Translations under genes and position numbers: made by a program | Notes under the pieces: model-generated | Told to the model about the DNA's origin: nothing | The model's database searches: none | What the model saw: only the letters and a program-made list of their open reading frames with translations | Origin: Hyalangium minutum | Lineage (GTDB): Bacteria > Myxococcota > Myxococcia > Myxococcales > Myxococcaceae | Assembly (NCBI RefSeq): GCF_000737315.1 | Contig: NZ_JMCB01000008.1 | Span: forward strand, 1-64,000 | Direction: 5' to 3' | DNA length: 64,000 bases | Part shown: in pieces, positions 1 to 8,074 of the stretch | Layout of the letters: each line of letters begins with the position of its first letter | Numbering within the stretch: the stretch's first letter is position 1

Positions 1-51
1 CTTCTGAACCCGCCCAGTGGCTTCGTTCTTTCGCTTCGAGGAGGGGCGCGG

Positions 52-81
52 CTTTTACTTCGCCGCCGCCTTCTCTGTCAA
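52..81 (-). promoter_or_regulatory. Downstream (P2-like) sigma70-type stable-RNA promoter
   Basis: Minus strand TTGACA (81-76), 18-nt spacer, TAAAAG (57-52), discriminator CCGCGCCCC; the 19-mer GGGGCGCGGCTTTTACTTC is identical at 43-61 and 156-174. Confidence 0.7.
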
Positions 82-164
82 CCGGTTTCGGCTGACTTAT
101 TCAACTGTGTTTCCGCCTCAACTTCTTCCAGTTCCGCGATGCGGATCCGTTCGAGGGGGCGCGG

Positions 165-194
165 CTTTTACTTCATCGCCGCGTTCTGTGTCAA
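165..194 (-). promoter_or_regulatory. Upstream (P1-like) sigma70-type stable-RNA promoter firing leftward off the window
   Basis: Minus strand TTGACA (194-189), 18-nt spacer, TAAAAG (170-165), then GC-rich discriminator CCGCGCCCCC; duplicated 113 bp away. Confidence 0.7.
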
Positions 195-495
195 CACCCT
201 GTTTCGCAGCTTCATTCCGCCGCTCAGGATCTGACACCGGCCCTGCTTCCCATGAAGCAGAATCACCCACCCACTACGCCACCGCCCGCCGAATTTCCAC
301 CCATCGACCGTGAAGTCGAACTCACGGCTTGATCGGGAAACCCGCTCAAGGCCGCGAAGTGAGGGGCTTATCTACCAACTTCCCGATCAACGCAAGTACC
401 CAGTTAGCCACTCGCGTTATCCGGTGCCCATTCCCCTGCGGCGCCCAGGCATGTAGGAGAACCGTGCTGCCCCACCCCTACATTCCCACCCCTTC

Positions 496-1140
496 TTAGC
501 GCCCGGGCTCAGACGCGGTCTTCTCCAGCTTCATCATCGAGAGGTCCACCCTCCCCCGCCGGCACCGCTCCGCCACCACGACCGAGCGGAGTTCCTGAAA
601 GGCCCGTTCGATGTCGTCGTTCACGATGACGTAGTCGTAAGACGCGACCCCTCGCTCGATCTCCGAGCGAGCAGCCAGCATCCGGCGGCGGATCGTCTCG
701 TCCGAATCTGTCTTCCGATCGCGCAGGCGGCGCTCCAGTTCCTCCATGGAAGGAGGAAGCACGAACACCAGGACCGCGTCGGGGTGCTTGCGCTTGATCG
801 CCTGCCCGCCCTGCACATCAATGTCGAAGATGGCCGTGCCTCGGCGGGCCCGCGCCTCCTCCACCACGGACTGAGGGCTTCCATAGAAGTGGCCGTGGAC
901 TTCTGCCCACTCCACGAACTCGCCGCGCTCGATCTTCTGCTGGAAGGTCGCCACGTCCACAAAGTGGTAGTCGACGCCTTCCTGTTCCTTGCCTCTCGGC
1001 CGACGCGTGGTGACGCTGACCGAGAAGATCGTGCTCGACAGCTCCCTCATCAGTCGATGGGCCAAGGTGGTCTTCCCCGCTCCCGACGGCGCGGAGAGGA
1101 CGAGCAGCAAACCGGGATGTAGTGGCGTGGACTCGGTCAT
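496..1140 (-). CDS. gmk: Guanylate kinase
   Basis: P-loop SAPSGAGKTT, TTRRPRGKEQEGVDYHFV, EWAEVHGHFYG, DIDVQG. Confidence 0.97.
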   Translation of the reverse strand: MTESTPLHPGLLLVLSAPSGAGKTTLAHRLMRELSSTIFSVSVTTRRPRGKEQEGVDYHFVDVATFQQKIERGEFVEWAEVHGHFYGSPQSVVEEARARRGTAIFDIDVQGGQAIKRKHPDAVLVFVLPPSMEELERRLRDRKTDSDETIRRRMLAARSEIERGVASYDYVIVNDDIERAFQELRSVVVAERCRRGRVDLSMMKLEKTASEPGR

Positions 1141-2015
1141 TCGACGTTCTGCACCTGTTCGCGGATGCGCTCGACCTCGGCCTTCATCGAGACCACGCGC
1201 GCGGAGATCTCCGCGTGCTGGCTCTTGGAGCCTGTCGTGTTCACCTCGCGGTGCATCTCCTGGACGAGAAAATCCATTCGGCGGCCCGCTGGCTCACTGC
1301 TCGCCATGAGGGCCCGGAACTGCTCGAGGTGACTCGCCAGCCGCGTCACCTCCTCGGCGATGTCCGTCCGCTCCGCGAACAGCGCCACCTCCTGCGCCAG
1401 CCGCTGCGGATCTACCGCCACGCCCCGAGCCAGCTCGGCCACTCGCTCCGAGAGGCGCTGCCGGTAGACATCCACCGCCTTGGGCGCCAGCGCCGCCACT
1501 TCCCGGCTCCACCCCTCGATGAGCTTCAGTCGCGCGTCCAGGTCCGCGTAGATGGCCTCGCCCTCTACTTGGCGCATCTGCTCCAACGCCTTGAGCGCCT
1601 GGCCCAGCGCCTCCTGTACCGCCTGGGTGGCCGCCTCCACGTCCATCCCCTTCTCCTCAAGCTTCACCACCCCCGGCTGCGTGGCCACCTGCTCCCACGA
1701 GATGGGAACTGAAGAGCTGAGCGCCTCCGCCAGCTCGCGGAAGGCCCTCGCGTACTCGCGCGCAAGCGCCACGTCCACCACCGGCACCGTCCCCGACGCC
1801 GTGGCCGTCTGCCGCTTCACCAGCAGTTCCACCGAACCTCGGGCCAGGCGGTCCTTTATCTGCTTCGCCATGCTCGGCTCGAGCACGGACAACTCCCTCG
1901 GGAGCCGCGTCTTCACCTCGCAGAACTTATGGTTGAGCGAGCGCAGTTCGACCGAGAACTCTTCGTCCCCGACCCGCGCGCGTCCGGCTCCAAACCCCGT
2001 CATGCTCCTGAGCAT
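1137..2015 (-). CDS. yicC: YicC/YloC family endoribonuclease
   Basis: MLRSMTGFG N-terminus, ELRSLNHKF, GRRMDFLVQEMHREVNTTGSK, EQVQNVE C-terminus; usual neighbour of gmk, 4-nt overlap. Confidence 0.95.
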   Translation of the reverse strand: MLRSMTGFGAGRARVGDEEFSVELRSLNHKFCEVKTRLPRELSVLEPSMAKQIKDRLARGSVELLVKRQTATASGTVPVVDVALAREYARAFRELAEALSSSVPISWEQVATQPGVVKLEEKGMDVEAATQAVQEALGQALKALEQMRQVEGEAIYADLDARLKLIEGWSREVAALAPKAVDVYRQRLSERVAELARGVAVDPQRLAQEVALFAERTDIAEEVTRLASHLEQFRALMASSEPAGRRMDFLVQEMHREVNTTGSKSQHAEISARVVSMKAEVERIREQVQNVE

Positions 2016-2022
2016 TGAGCCG

Positions 2023-2051
2023 TTGCTAGGGGCTTTTCGCTATCAGGTCAA
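2023..2051 (-). promoter_or_regulatory. Putative sigma70 promoter of yicC-gmk
   Basis: TTGACC-N17-TAGCAA on the minus strand, ending 7 nt before the yicC ATG. Confidence 0.45.
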
Positions 2052-2091
2052 GCCGCCTGCTCGCTTCCGCTCTGGTAAGGTCCGCCCCCCC

Positions 2092-3204
2092 ATGCCCTGG
2101 TACAAGCGGGTCGAGTTGTGGGCCAAGCTCACGCTGGCGCTCGTGGCCTCCGTCCTCCTCTGGAGGCCCGGACGCCGGCGTCCGCCCAGCTCCGTGCTGC
2201 CCGCTCCTCGGAAGATCCTCCTCGTCCGCCCCGATAACCGCGTCGGAGAGGCTCTCCTCACCACCCCTCTCCTACAGACTCTCAAGGCCCTGCCCAACCC
2301 CGTCCCCCAGGTCCATGTCCTCGTCCATACCAAGGTGGCTCGCGCACTCGCTGGGCACCCGGCTGCCGATGCCATTCTTGCCTTTGACCGTCGGCGACTG
2401 TGGATGGGGCCGCTCGCACCCGGCATCCGTGCCCTCCGCCGCGAGGGCTATGACACCGTCGTCGACTGCGCCAACTGGGATGCCCCCTCCGTCACCTCGG
2501 CCTTGATCTCCCGTCTCGTGGGGCCGAAGGCCGTGGTCATCGGCCCTCAGGTTTGGCCTGTGTCCTTCCTCCATTCTGTCTCTGTCCCAGCTCGCACGGA
2601 CACCCGCCGCGAGGCCACACAGCGCGCTCATCTGCTTTCGCCGCTGGTACGAGGCCCCATTGTCGATGCGCTCTCCTTCCGAGAGCCGGCCCTCAGCGAC
2701 AGCTTCCGCGCCTACCTGCAGCGCGAGGTGAGTGCTCCCAGTGCCATCGTGAATCCGGGAGGCCGCCTGGGGTGGCGCCGCATCCCTCCCGAGGCCTTTG
2801 CCGCCGCCGCAAGGGCCCTGATCGCCGCGGGGCGTGTCCCTATCGTTACCTGGGGCCCCGGAGAGGAGGCGCTTGCGCAGGCTGTCGTGCAGGGGGCTCC
2901 TGGTTCGCGCATGGCTCCACCCACCAACCTGGACGAGCTCGCCGCGCTCATGCGTGCCGCAGGGCTCACCGTGACCAACAACACAGGCCCCATGCACCTC
3001 TCGGTGGCAGTGGGGGCTCCGACGCTCGGGCTCTTCTTCCGCATCGACATGGAGCGCTGGGGGCACCCGTATCCGCCCCATCACATGGTCGACCTCACCG
3101 CCTTCGCCGACTCGGGCTCTGCGTTGGAGGAGCGTGTTTTCGAAGAGGTTCGAGCCTTCGCGGCCCAGCTCGCCTCGGGAGCCTCAGGTCCTCAGCGGAG
3201 TTGA
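2092..3204 (+). CDS. Glycosyltransferase family 9 (heptosyltransferase-like)
   Basis: KILLVRPDNRVGEALLTTP, LDELAALMRAAGLTVTNNTGPMHLSVAVGAPTLGLF; ATG at 2092 chosen because the upstream part of ORF 1552-3204 is antisense to yicC. Confidence 0.85.
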   Translation: MPWYKRVELWAKLTLALVASVLLWRPGRRRPPSSVLPAPRKILLVRPDNRVGEALLTTPLLQTLKALPNPVPQVHVLVHTKVARALAGHPAADAILAFDRRRLWMGPLAPGIRALRREGYDTVVDCANWDAPSVTSALISRLVGPKAVVIGPQVWPVSFLHSVSVPARTDTRREATQRAHLLSPLVRGPIVDALSFREPALSDSFRAYLQREVSAPSAIVNPGGRLGWRRIPPEAFAAAARALIAAGRVPIVTWGPGEEALAQAVVQGAPGSRMAPPTNLDELAALMRAAGLTVTNNTGPMHLSVAVGAPTLGLFFRIDMERWGHPYPPHHMVDLTAFADSGSALEERVFEEVRAFAAQLASGASGPQRS

Positions 3205-3378
3205 GCTCCCTGGCACCAAGTCCGGAACTCCGTTCCGGATGGGCCAAGCACGCTGGCATCGGAGGCACCAGATTTCGCCCCAGTCCTCGTGGAACTCCAG
3301 CTGCCCCTTGCAGAGAGGGCATGCGAGTACCTGCCTCAGCTGATCATCGAGTGCCACAGGCTCGCTAGCCCTTCCCAC
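3184..3378 (-). CDS. Trm112/YcaR-family small Zn-ribbon protein
   Basis: LRQVLACPLCKGQL...WCLRCQRAWPIRNGVPDL; true start may be the GTG at 3357. Confidence 0.85.
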   Translation of the reverse strand: MGRASEPVALDDQLRQVLACPLCKGQLEFHEDWGEIWCLRCQRAWPIRNGVPDLVPGSSTPLRT

Positions 3379-3856
3379 CCTCGCGCCCCGTGCGCCGGGC
3401 GATCTCGGTGGTGCTGTGGTTCTTCGGATCTCCCGCGACCGCCGTGCGCCCTCCGTAGGCCCGGACTTCGTCCGCCTCGGGAATGGAGTCCGGCGTGTAG
3501 TCCGTCCCCTTCACGTGCACATCCGGCTTCAGCGCTCGGATGATTCCCCTCACGTTCGGCTCGTCGAAGAGGATGACCCGATCCGTGCAAGTCAGCGCCG
3601 CCACCAGCTCCGCCCGCTCGGACTCCGGAATGTAGGGCCGCCCCGGCCCCTTGTACGCCCGCGTCGAGGCATCCGAGTTCACCGCCACCACCAGCACGTC
3701 CGCCAGCTCCTTCGCCCCTTGCAGGTACCGCACGTGCCCCACGTGCAGCAGGTCGAAGATGCCGTTAGCCAGCGCCACCGTGCGCCCCTCCGCGCGCCAC
3801 TGCTCGCGCTCCTGTGCCACCTGCGCCAACGTCCGGATTTTGTCCAAGGTGCTCAT
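3365..3856 (-). CDS. hldC: ADP-heptose synthase adenylyltransferase (RfaE domain II, HldC-like)
   Basis: ANGIFDLLHVGHVRYL (HxGH), VAVNSDAS, KGPGRP, HVKGTDY, HSTT. Confidence 0.85.
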   Translation of the reverse strand: MSTLDKIRTLAQVAQEREQWRAEGRTVALANGIFDLLHVGHVRYLQGAKELADVLVVAVNSDASTRAYKGPGRPYIPESERAELVAALTCTDRVILFDEPNVRGIIRALKPDVHVKGTDYTPDSIPEADEVRAYGGRTAVAGDPKNHSTTEIARRTGREGGKG

Positions 3857-4866
3857 CGCGCACTCCGCAGCTCGCCCAACAGCTCATCCCGCGACACCGT
3901 GGCCGTCCCCTGCTTCTGCACCACCAGCGCTCCCGCCACGTTCGCCAGTCTCGCCGCCTCTCCGAGCGAGGCTCCCGCCGCCAGCGCCAGCGAGAGCGTC
4001 GCGATCACTGTGTCCCCCGCTCCCGTCACGTCCACCGCCTCCTTCGCACCGTGCACGGGAATGAGGTCCACTCCGCCTCCCGCCTCGAAGAGCGCCATGC
4101 CGTGCCGCCCTCGCGTCACCAGGAGCGCCCGGCACCCGAGCCGCTTCACCGCCGCGTGCCCCGCCTCCATGAGATCCGCCTCCGTGCGCAGCGGACGCCC
4201 CGTGAGCTGTTCCAGTTCCGGCTCGTTGGGCTTGCACACCGTGACTCCCGAGAAGGACGACAGCGCGTACCGACTGTCCACGCAGACCGGGAGCCCGTCT
4301 CCCGCCAGCTCTCGGAGCACCTGGCGCACCTCGTCCCCCACCACTCCCGCGCCGTAGTCCGAGACCACCACCGCATCCACGGTCCGCGCCGCCTCCTGAA
4401 TGAGCCGAGCCAGCGCCGACCTCACGCGCACAGGAAGCGGAGCTCGCTGCCCTCGATCCAGCCGCAGCATCTGCTGGCGCGTGGTGTTCATCCCTCCCGC
4501 GAGGATGCGCGTCTTGGTCTCCGTCTCCAGGCCTCGAGCACTCGCCGCGCTCAGGCGGATTCCGGCCTCCTTGAAGAGCTGCCGCAGCGCACGCCCCATC
4601 TCGTCCGCCCCGAGCACCCCCACCGCTGTCACCTGCCCCGAGAGCGCTCGGACGTTCGCCGCGACGTTCGCCCCCCCTCCGAGCTTCACCTCCGAGGACT
4701 CGTAGCGGACGATCAGCACCGGAGCCTCGCGGCTGACCCGGTCCGTCTGGCCGTAGATGTAGTGGTCGGCGACCAGGTCTCCGACCAGCAGAACTCTCCT
4801 TCGAGCAAAGGTCAGCGGAAGTTGGGTGAGCGCTGGGAGCGCCTGAGCGGTCGAACCTGCGGCCAT
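3853..4866 (-). CDS. hldA: Heptose-7-phosphate kinase (RfaE domain I, HldA-like, PfkB family)
   Basis: VGDLVADHYIYG..RVSREAPV, GGGANVAAN, TKTRI, VSDYG, KPN..E, VDVTGAGDTV. Confidence 0.85.
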   Translation of the reverse strand: MAAGSTAQALPALTQLPLTFARRRVLLVGDLVADHYIYGQTDRVSREAPVLIVRYESSEVKLGGGANVAANVRALSGQVTAVGVLGADEMGRALRQLFKEAGIRLSAASARGLETETKTRILAGGMNTTRQQMLRLDRGQRAPLPVRVRSALARLIQEAARTVDAVVVSDYGAGVVGDEVRQVLRELAGDGLPVCVDSRYALSSFSGVTVCKPNEPELEQLTGRPLRTEADLMEAGHAAVKRLGCRALLVTRGRHGMALFEAGGGVDLIPVHGAKEAVDVTGAGDTVIATLSLALAAGASLGEAARLANVAGALVVQKQGTATVSRDELLGELRSAR

Positions 4867-4927
4867 GGCGGGCGCGTTGTCCCACAGCCTCCCGCTCCTC
4901 TCAAGTCGGCCGGAGGGTTCACCCCCT

Positions 4928-6007
4928 TCAGCTCAGCCCCAGCGCCCGGCGGAGCAGGTCCTCGCCTTCCAGCACCTCCACGCCCAAACGCACCGTCCAA
5001 GCCTCGAAGCCTCGAGGCAAGCGCACCGCGTCCTTCTCCGTCGTGACGACCTTCGCACCGTGCTTTGCCGCTCGCTGCGCGACGTCCCGAAGCTCGGAGG
5101 CCGTGAACGCATGGTGATCCGGGAAGAGGGATACATCCTGGAGGGTGACGCCAAGCTCCCTCAGCGTCCGCAGGAAGCTCCCCGGCCGGGCGAGCCCTGC
5201 CAGCGCGAAGACGGGCTCTCCAGACAGCGCATCTGGCGCGTGCTCCCTCCCGGTGGGGTCTACCCACGCCGTAGGCTTGTAGCGCGTTCGCACCTGGGGG
5301 CCTGGAAGGGGTGGCAAGGATGGCGCAGCGGTGGCAGCGCTTCGGATCCAGAAGAGCGTGGCCCTGCTCAATGCTGACAGCGGCTCTCTCAGAGGACCTC
5401 TTGGCAGGAGCTGTCCGTTCCCGAATCCCGCAGCCTCGTCCACAACCACCACGTCCTCGTCCCTCGCCAGCTTCCGGTGCTGGAAGCCATCATCCAGGAG
5501 CACCACCTCTAGCCCGAACTCATCCCGGGCCCGCCGCGCGAGGAACCGGCGATCCGCTCCGACCAACACCCGCGCTTCCGGACAACGGCGCGCGAGCAGC
5601 AAGGGCTCGTCCCCTGCTTCCTCCGCAGAGGGAAGAGAGTCTGTTCCTGTGAAGGTGAGGGGCTCCTTCGACTGGCGCCCGTAGCCTCGCGTCAGAATGC
5701 CGACCTTGCGCCCTGCTCGAGCCAGCATCCCCGCCAAGTGCAGCACCGCTGGCGTCTTTCCCGTACCCCCCACGTTCAGGTTGCCTACCGAGATGATCCG
5801 GAGCCCCTCCACCCGTTCTCCGTGCAGGAGATCCTTGTCGTAGAGCGCGCCCCGCAGCCGGACGCCCAGCCCGTAGCCCCAGGAGAGCGCAGTGACAGGA
5901 GCCAGCAGCACTCGCCGCTCCCAAGACTCGGGGGCCGGTGGGTAGAAGAGCCTCTCGACCACCGTGGGCGCGTCCGACGCCTGTGTACGGGCCAGCTCGG
6001 AACTCAC
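4928..6007 (-). CDS. lpxK: Tetraacyldisaccharide 4'-kinase
   Basis: ISVGNLNVGGTGKTP, ILTRGYG, GDEPLL, LLDDGFQH, GPLREP, FPDHH, VTTEKDAVRL; GTG start overlaps the upstream TGA (GTGA at 6007-6004). Confidence 0.93.
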   Translation of the reverse strand: MSSELARTQASDAPTVVERLFYPPAPESWERRVLLAPVTALSWGYGLGVRLRGALYDKDLLHGERVEGLRIISVGNLNVGGTGKTPAVLHLAGMLARAGRKVGILTRGYGRQSKEPLTFTGTDSLPSAEEAGDEPLLLARRCPEARVLVGADRRFLARRARDEFGLEVVLLDDGFQHRKLARDEDVVVVDEAAGFGNGQLLPRGPLREPLSALSRATLFWIRSAATAAPSLPPLPGPQVRTRYKPTAWVDPTGREHAPDALSGEPVFALAGLARPGSFLRTLRELGVTLQDVSLFPDHHAFTASELRDVAQRAAKHGAKVVTTEKDAVRLPRGFEAWTVRLGVEVLEGEDLLRRALGLS

Positions 6008-7044
6008 CCCGCACTCCGTACCTGCTGGTAGAGGGCTAGCACTTCCTCGGCGATCTTCTGGTTGGAGGGATGCTCCACGCGCGCCCGATCCTGCGACAAG
6101 GAGGCGGCGACCACCGCTTCGGGCGTCGGCTGCTCTACCTGCACGTCCGCCAGCGCTGGCAAGGCCCCCTCTCGCACCGCGACCACTCGCACTCCACAGG
6201 CTCGGGCCTGGGCTGCGGCCCTCCCGCTCCAGTCGTTCCCCAACCCGAGGATCCACACCTCGTCGAGGGCCTGAAGCCACCTCACGAACGACTCCCCTTG
6301 CTGATAGCCCGCAAAGGTCACCTGCTCCTGCACGTTTCGTTCGCGCACCTGCTGCCGAACCTGCTCCAGCAGGGCCCCGTCGCCCACCAGCACCAGCCTC
6401 GCGTCCGAGCGCGTGCGTCGAAGCTGCTCGAAGGCCGCGACTCCCAGCGCGTGTCTCCGCGACGCTTGGAAGGTCGACACCATCCCGATCAGCGGGGCGC
6501 CTTTCAGCCCCAGCTCTGACCGGAGCTTCTCGCGGCTCTCTGCAGGCTTGAACCGGGGATCCACCAGGGGCGGCAGCACGCGCACCTTCTTCCCCTCCAG
6601 CCGAGACACCTCCGTGGCGGCTGGCACTGTGTAGGCGTCCGCCTTGGGCAGTGACGACCGGAGTGAGCGAGGCGCATGGATGGAGCGGACCAACACCGCC
6701 CCCCGGGGTCTTGCCCACCTCGCGATGAGGTGGTCGTGGGTGAAGTGTGCATGCACGACGTCGAGCGTGCGGCTCCGCAGCCGGCGCATGTCCCCCAGCA
6801 CTGTCCACGGCGGCGACTTCACCGAGAGTTCCAGCCCCCCTGAGTCCAGCAGCCCCAGCGCCTCGAACCTGGGCACCGCAGGCTCCTCCGCGTCCACTTT
6901 CGTCCGCCGCCGATCGAGCGCCACCGCCACCTCGTGCCCCGCTTGCCGCTGCGCGAGCGCCAGCAGCGCCACGTTCTCCGCAGGCCCACTCCAAAAGGGA
7001 CTCGCCAGCAGGTGCAGGATCCTCATCGGCGCTCCCGTGGCCAT
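6004..7044 (-). CDS. Glycosyltransferase family 4, probably LPS core
   Basis: MRILHLL..SGP, DVVHAH, GT-B C-terminal LVLVGDG..L, VTFAG; the usual ExFG motif is degenerate. Confidence 0.75.
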   Translation of the reverse strand: MATGAPMRILHLLASPFWSGPAENVALLALAQRQAGHEVAVALDRRRTKVDAEEPAVPRFEALGLLDSGGLELSVKSPPWTVLGDMRRLRSRTLDVVHAHFTHDHLIARWARPRGAVLVRSIHAPRSLRSSLPKADAYTVPAATEVSRLEGKKVRVLPPLVDPRFKPAESREKLRSELGLKGAPLIGMVSTFQASRRHALGVAAFEQLRRTRSDARLVLVGDGALLEQVRQQVRERNVQEQVTFAGYQQGESFVRWLQALDEVWILGLGNDWSGRAAAQARACGVRVVAVREGALPALADVQVEQPTPEAVVAASLSQDRARVEHPSNQKIAEEVLALYQQVRSAG

Positions 7045-7048
7045 CCCT

Positions 7049-8074
7049 TCAGCTCCGCAGCAACGAGCGGTAAAGGTCTCTCAGCGCTTGCGCCTCGTGC
7101 TCGATGCCACAGTGACGTCGCGCGTGCTCGGCCGCGTTGCGCCCCACCTCCCGCGCCCGCTCCGGCTCCCGCATCAGCATGTCGAGCAGTTCCCGCATCC
7201 CCTTCACATCCCCAGGCTCGAAGAAGAAGCCCGTCCGGCCATGCTCGATCAGCGTGTCCAGGTACTTCAACCGGCTCGCCACCACGCAACAGCCCGACGC
7301 CATCGCCTCCACATGCACCAGCGAGTACCCCTCCACATAAGAGGGGTGAACCAGGATGCTGAGCCCCTGGTACCAAGGCTGAATCACTGACTGCTCTCCC
7401 GCCAGCACCAGCCGATCTCCCAGTCCCTGGCTCAGCGACTCCACCCACTGCTGTTCGGCCTCCTTCGCCAGCCCTACCAGCACCGCCCTCCACTCCGGAT
7501 ACGTGGGCAACAGTGGCCGGATGGCTTCGATGAAGTCCCCCTGGCCCTTGTCCTTGCGGATCCTGCCCACCACCCCGACCCCGTAGCGCCCTCCCAGCCC
7601 CAGCTTCCGCCAGGCGTCGTCACGATCCTCGGGCGGCTGAAACCGTCCCAGATCAATGCCATGCGAGACGATCGTCGAGGGCAGCGCCATGACCTCCGCG
7701 ACCTCGCTCGTGAGCGACACCAGCGAGTCCGCGCGCCGGGCCAGCCAGCGCGTGAAGGCGCTCGGCGGCTTCGCGGTGTGCCGCGTGAAGACCAGCCTCA
7801 CCTTCCTCCCGAACAGCCGCAGCACCATGCCCACCAACAGCTCGTTGTTGCGGTGCGCGTGCCAAACCACCGGCTCCCGGCGGATCCGGCCCAGCAGTTC
7901 TCCCCAATCAATCTCCGGAAGTGAAGCCCGGAAATGGGAGCCGATCGCGCGGGTCTCCTGTTCCCTCGCCAGCTCCGGCAGCACGTTCTCCACGTGGCGC
8001 GTGATCCCCGTGTACCTCCGGTGGAAATGCGGGTGGACGACGAGTCCTTGGGAAGATTCAGGGCTCTTATCCAT
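7049..8074 (-). CDS. GT4 LPS core glycosyltransferase, LpcC/LpsB (mannosyltransferase)-like
   Basis: HFHRRYTGIT, VWHAHRNNELL, LVFTRH, HGIDLGRF, VGRIRKDKG, EGYSLVHVEAMASG; directly downstream of waaA. Confidence 0.75.
   Translation of the reverse strand: MDKSPESSQGLVVHPHFHRRYTGITRHVENVLPELAREQETRAIGSHFRASLPEIDWGELLGRIRREPVVWHAHRNNELLVGMVLRLFGRKVRLVFTRHTAKPPSAFTRWLARRADSLVSLTSEVAEVMALPSTIVSHGIDLGRFQPPEDRDDAWRKLGLGGRYGVGVVGRIRKDKGQGDFIEAIRPLLPTYPEWRAVLVGLAKEAEQQWVESLSQGLGDRLVLAGEQSVIQPWYQGLSILVHPSYVEGYSLVHVEAMASGCCVVASRLKYLDTLIEHGRTGFFFEPGDVKGMRELLDMLMREPERAREVGRNAAEHARRHCGIEHEAQALRDLYRSLLRS

Noticed and set aside
35-196. Two ~47-nt imperfect direct repeats as a possible CRISPR remnant
   Set aside because: Only two copies, no cas genes, and fully explained as duplicated -35/-10 promoters
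243-260. GGAAGCAG on the minus strand, reminiscent of SRP RNA helix 8
   Set aside because: The preceding CAGG..GGAA/GNRA element is absent; it is a simple hairpin arm
17-313. 98-aa ORF on the + strand
   Set aside because: Antisense to the tandem promoters, no recognisable motif or SD; treated as spurious
4928-6994. 688-aa ORF as an N-terminally extended LpxK
   Set aside because: The first 329 codons overlap the GT4 gene in another frame and translate to Arg/Gly/Ala-rich noise; GTG at 6007 is coupled to the GT4 stop
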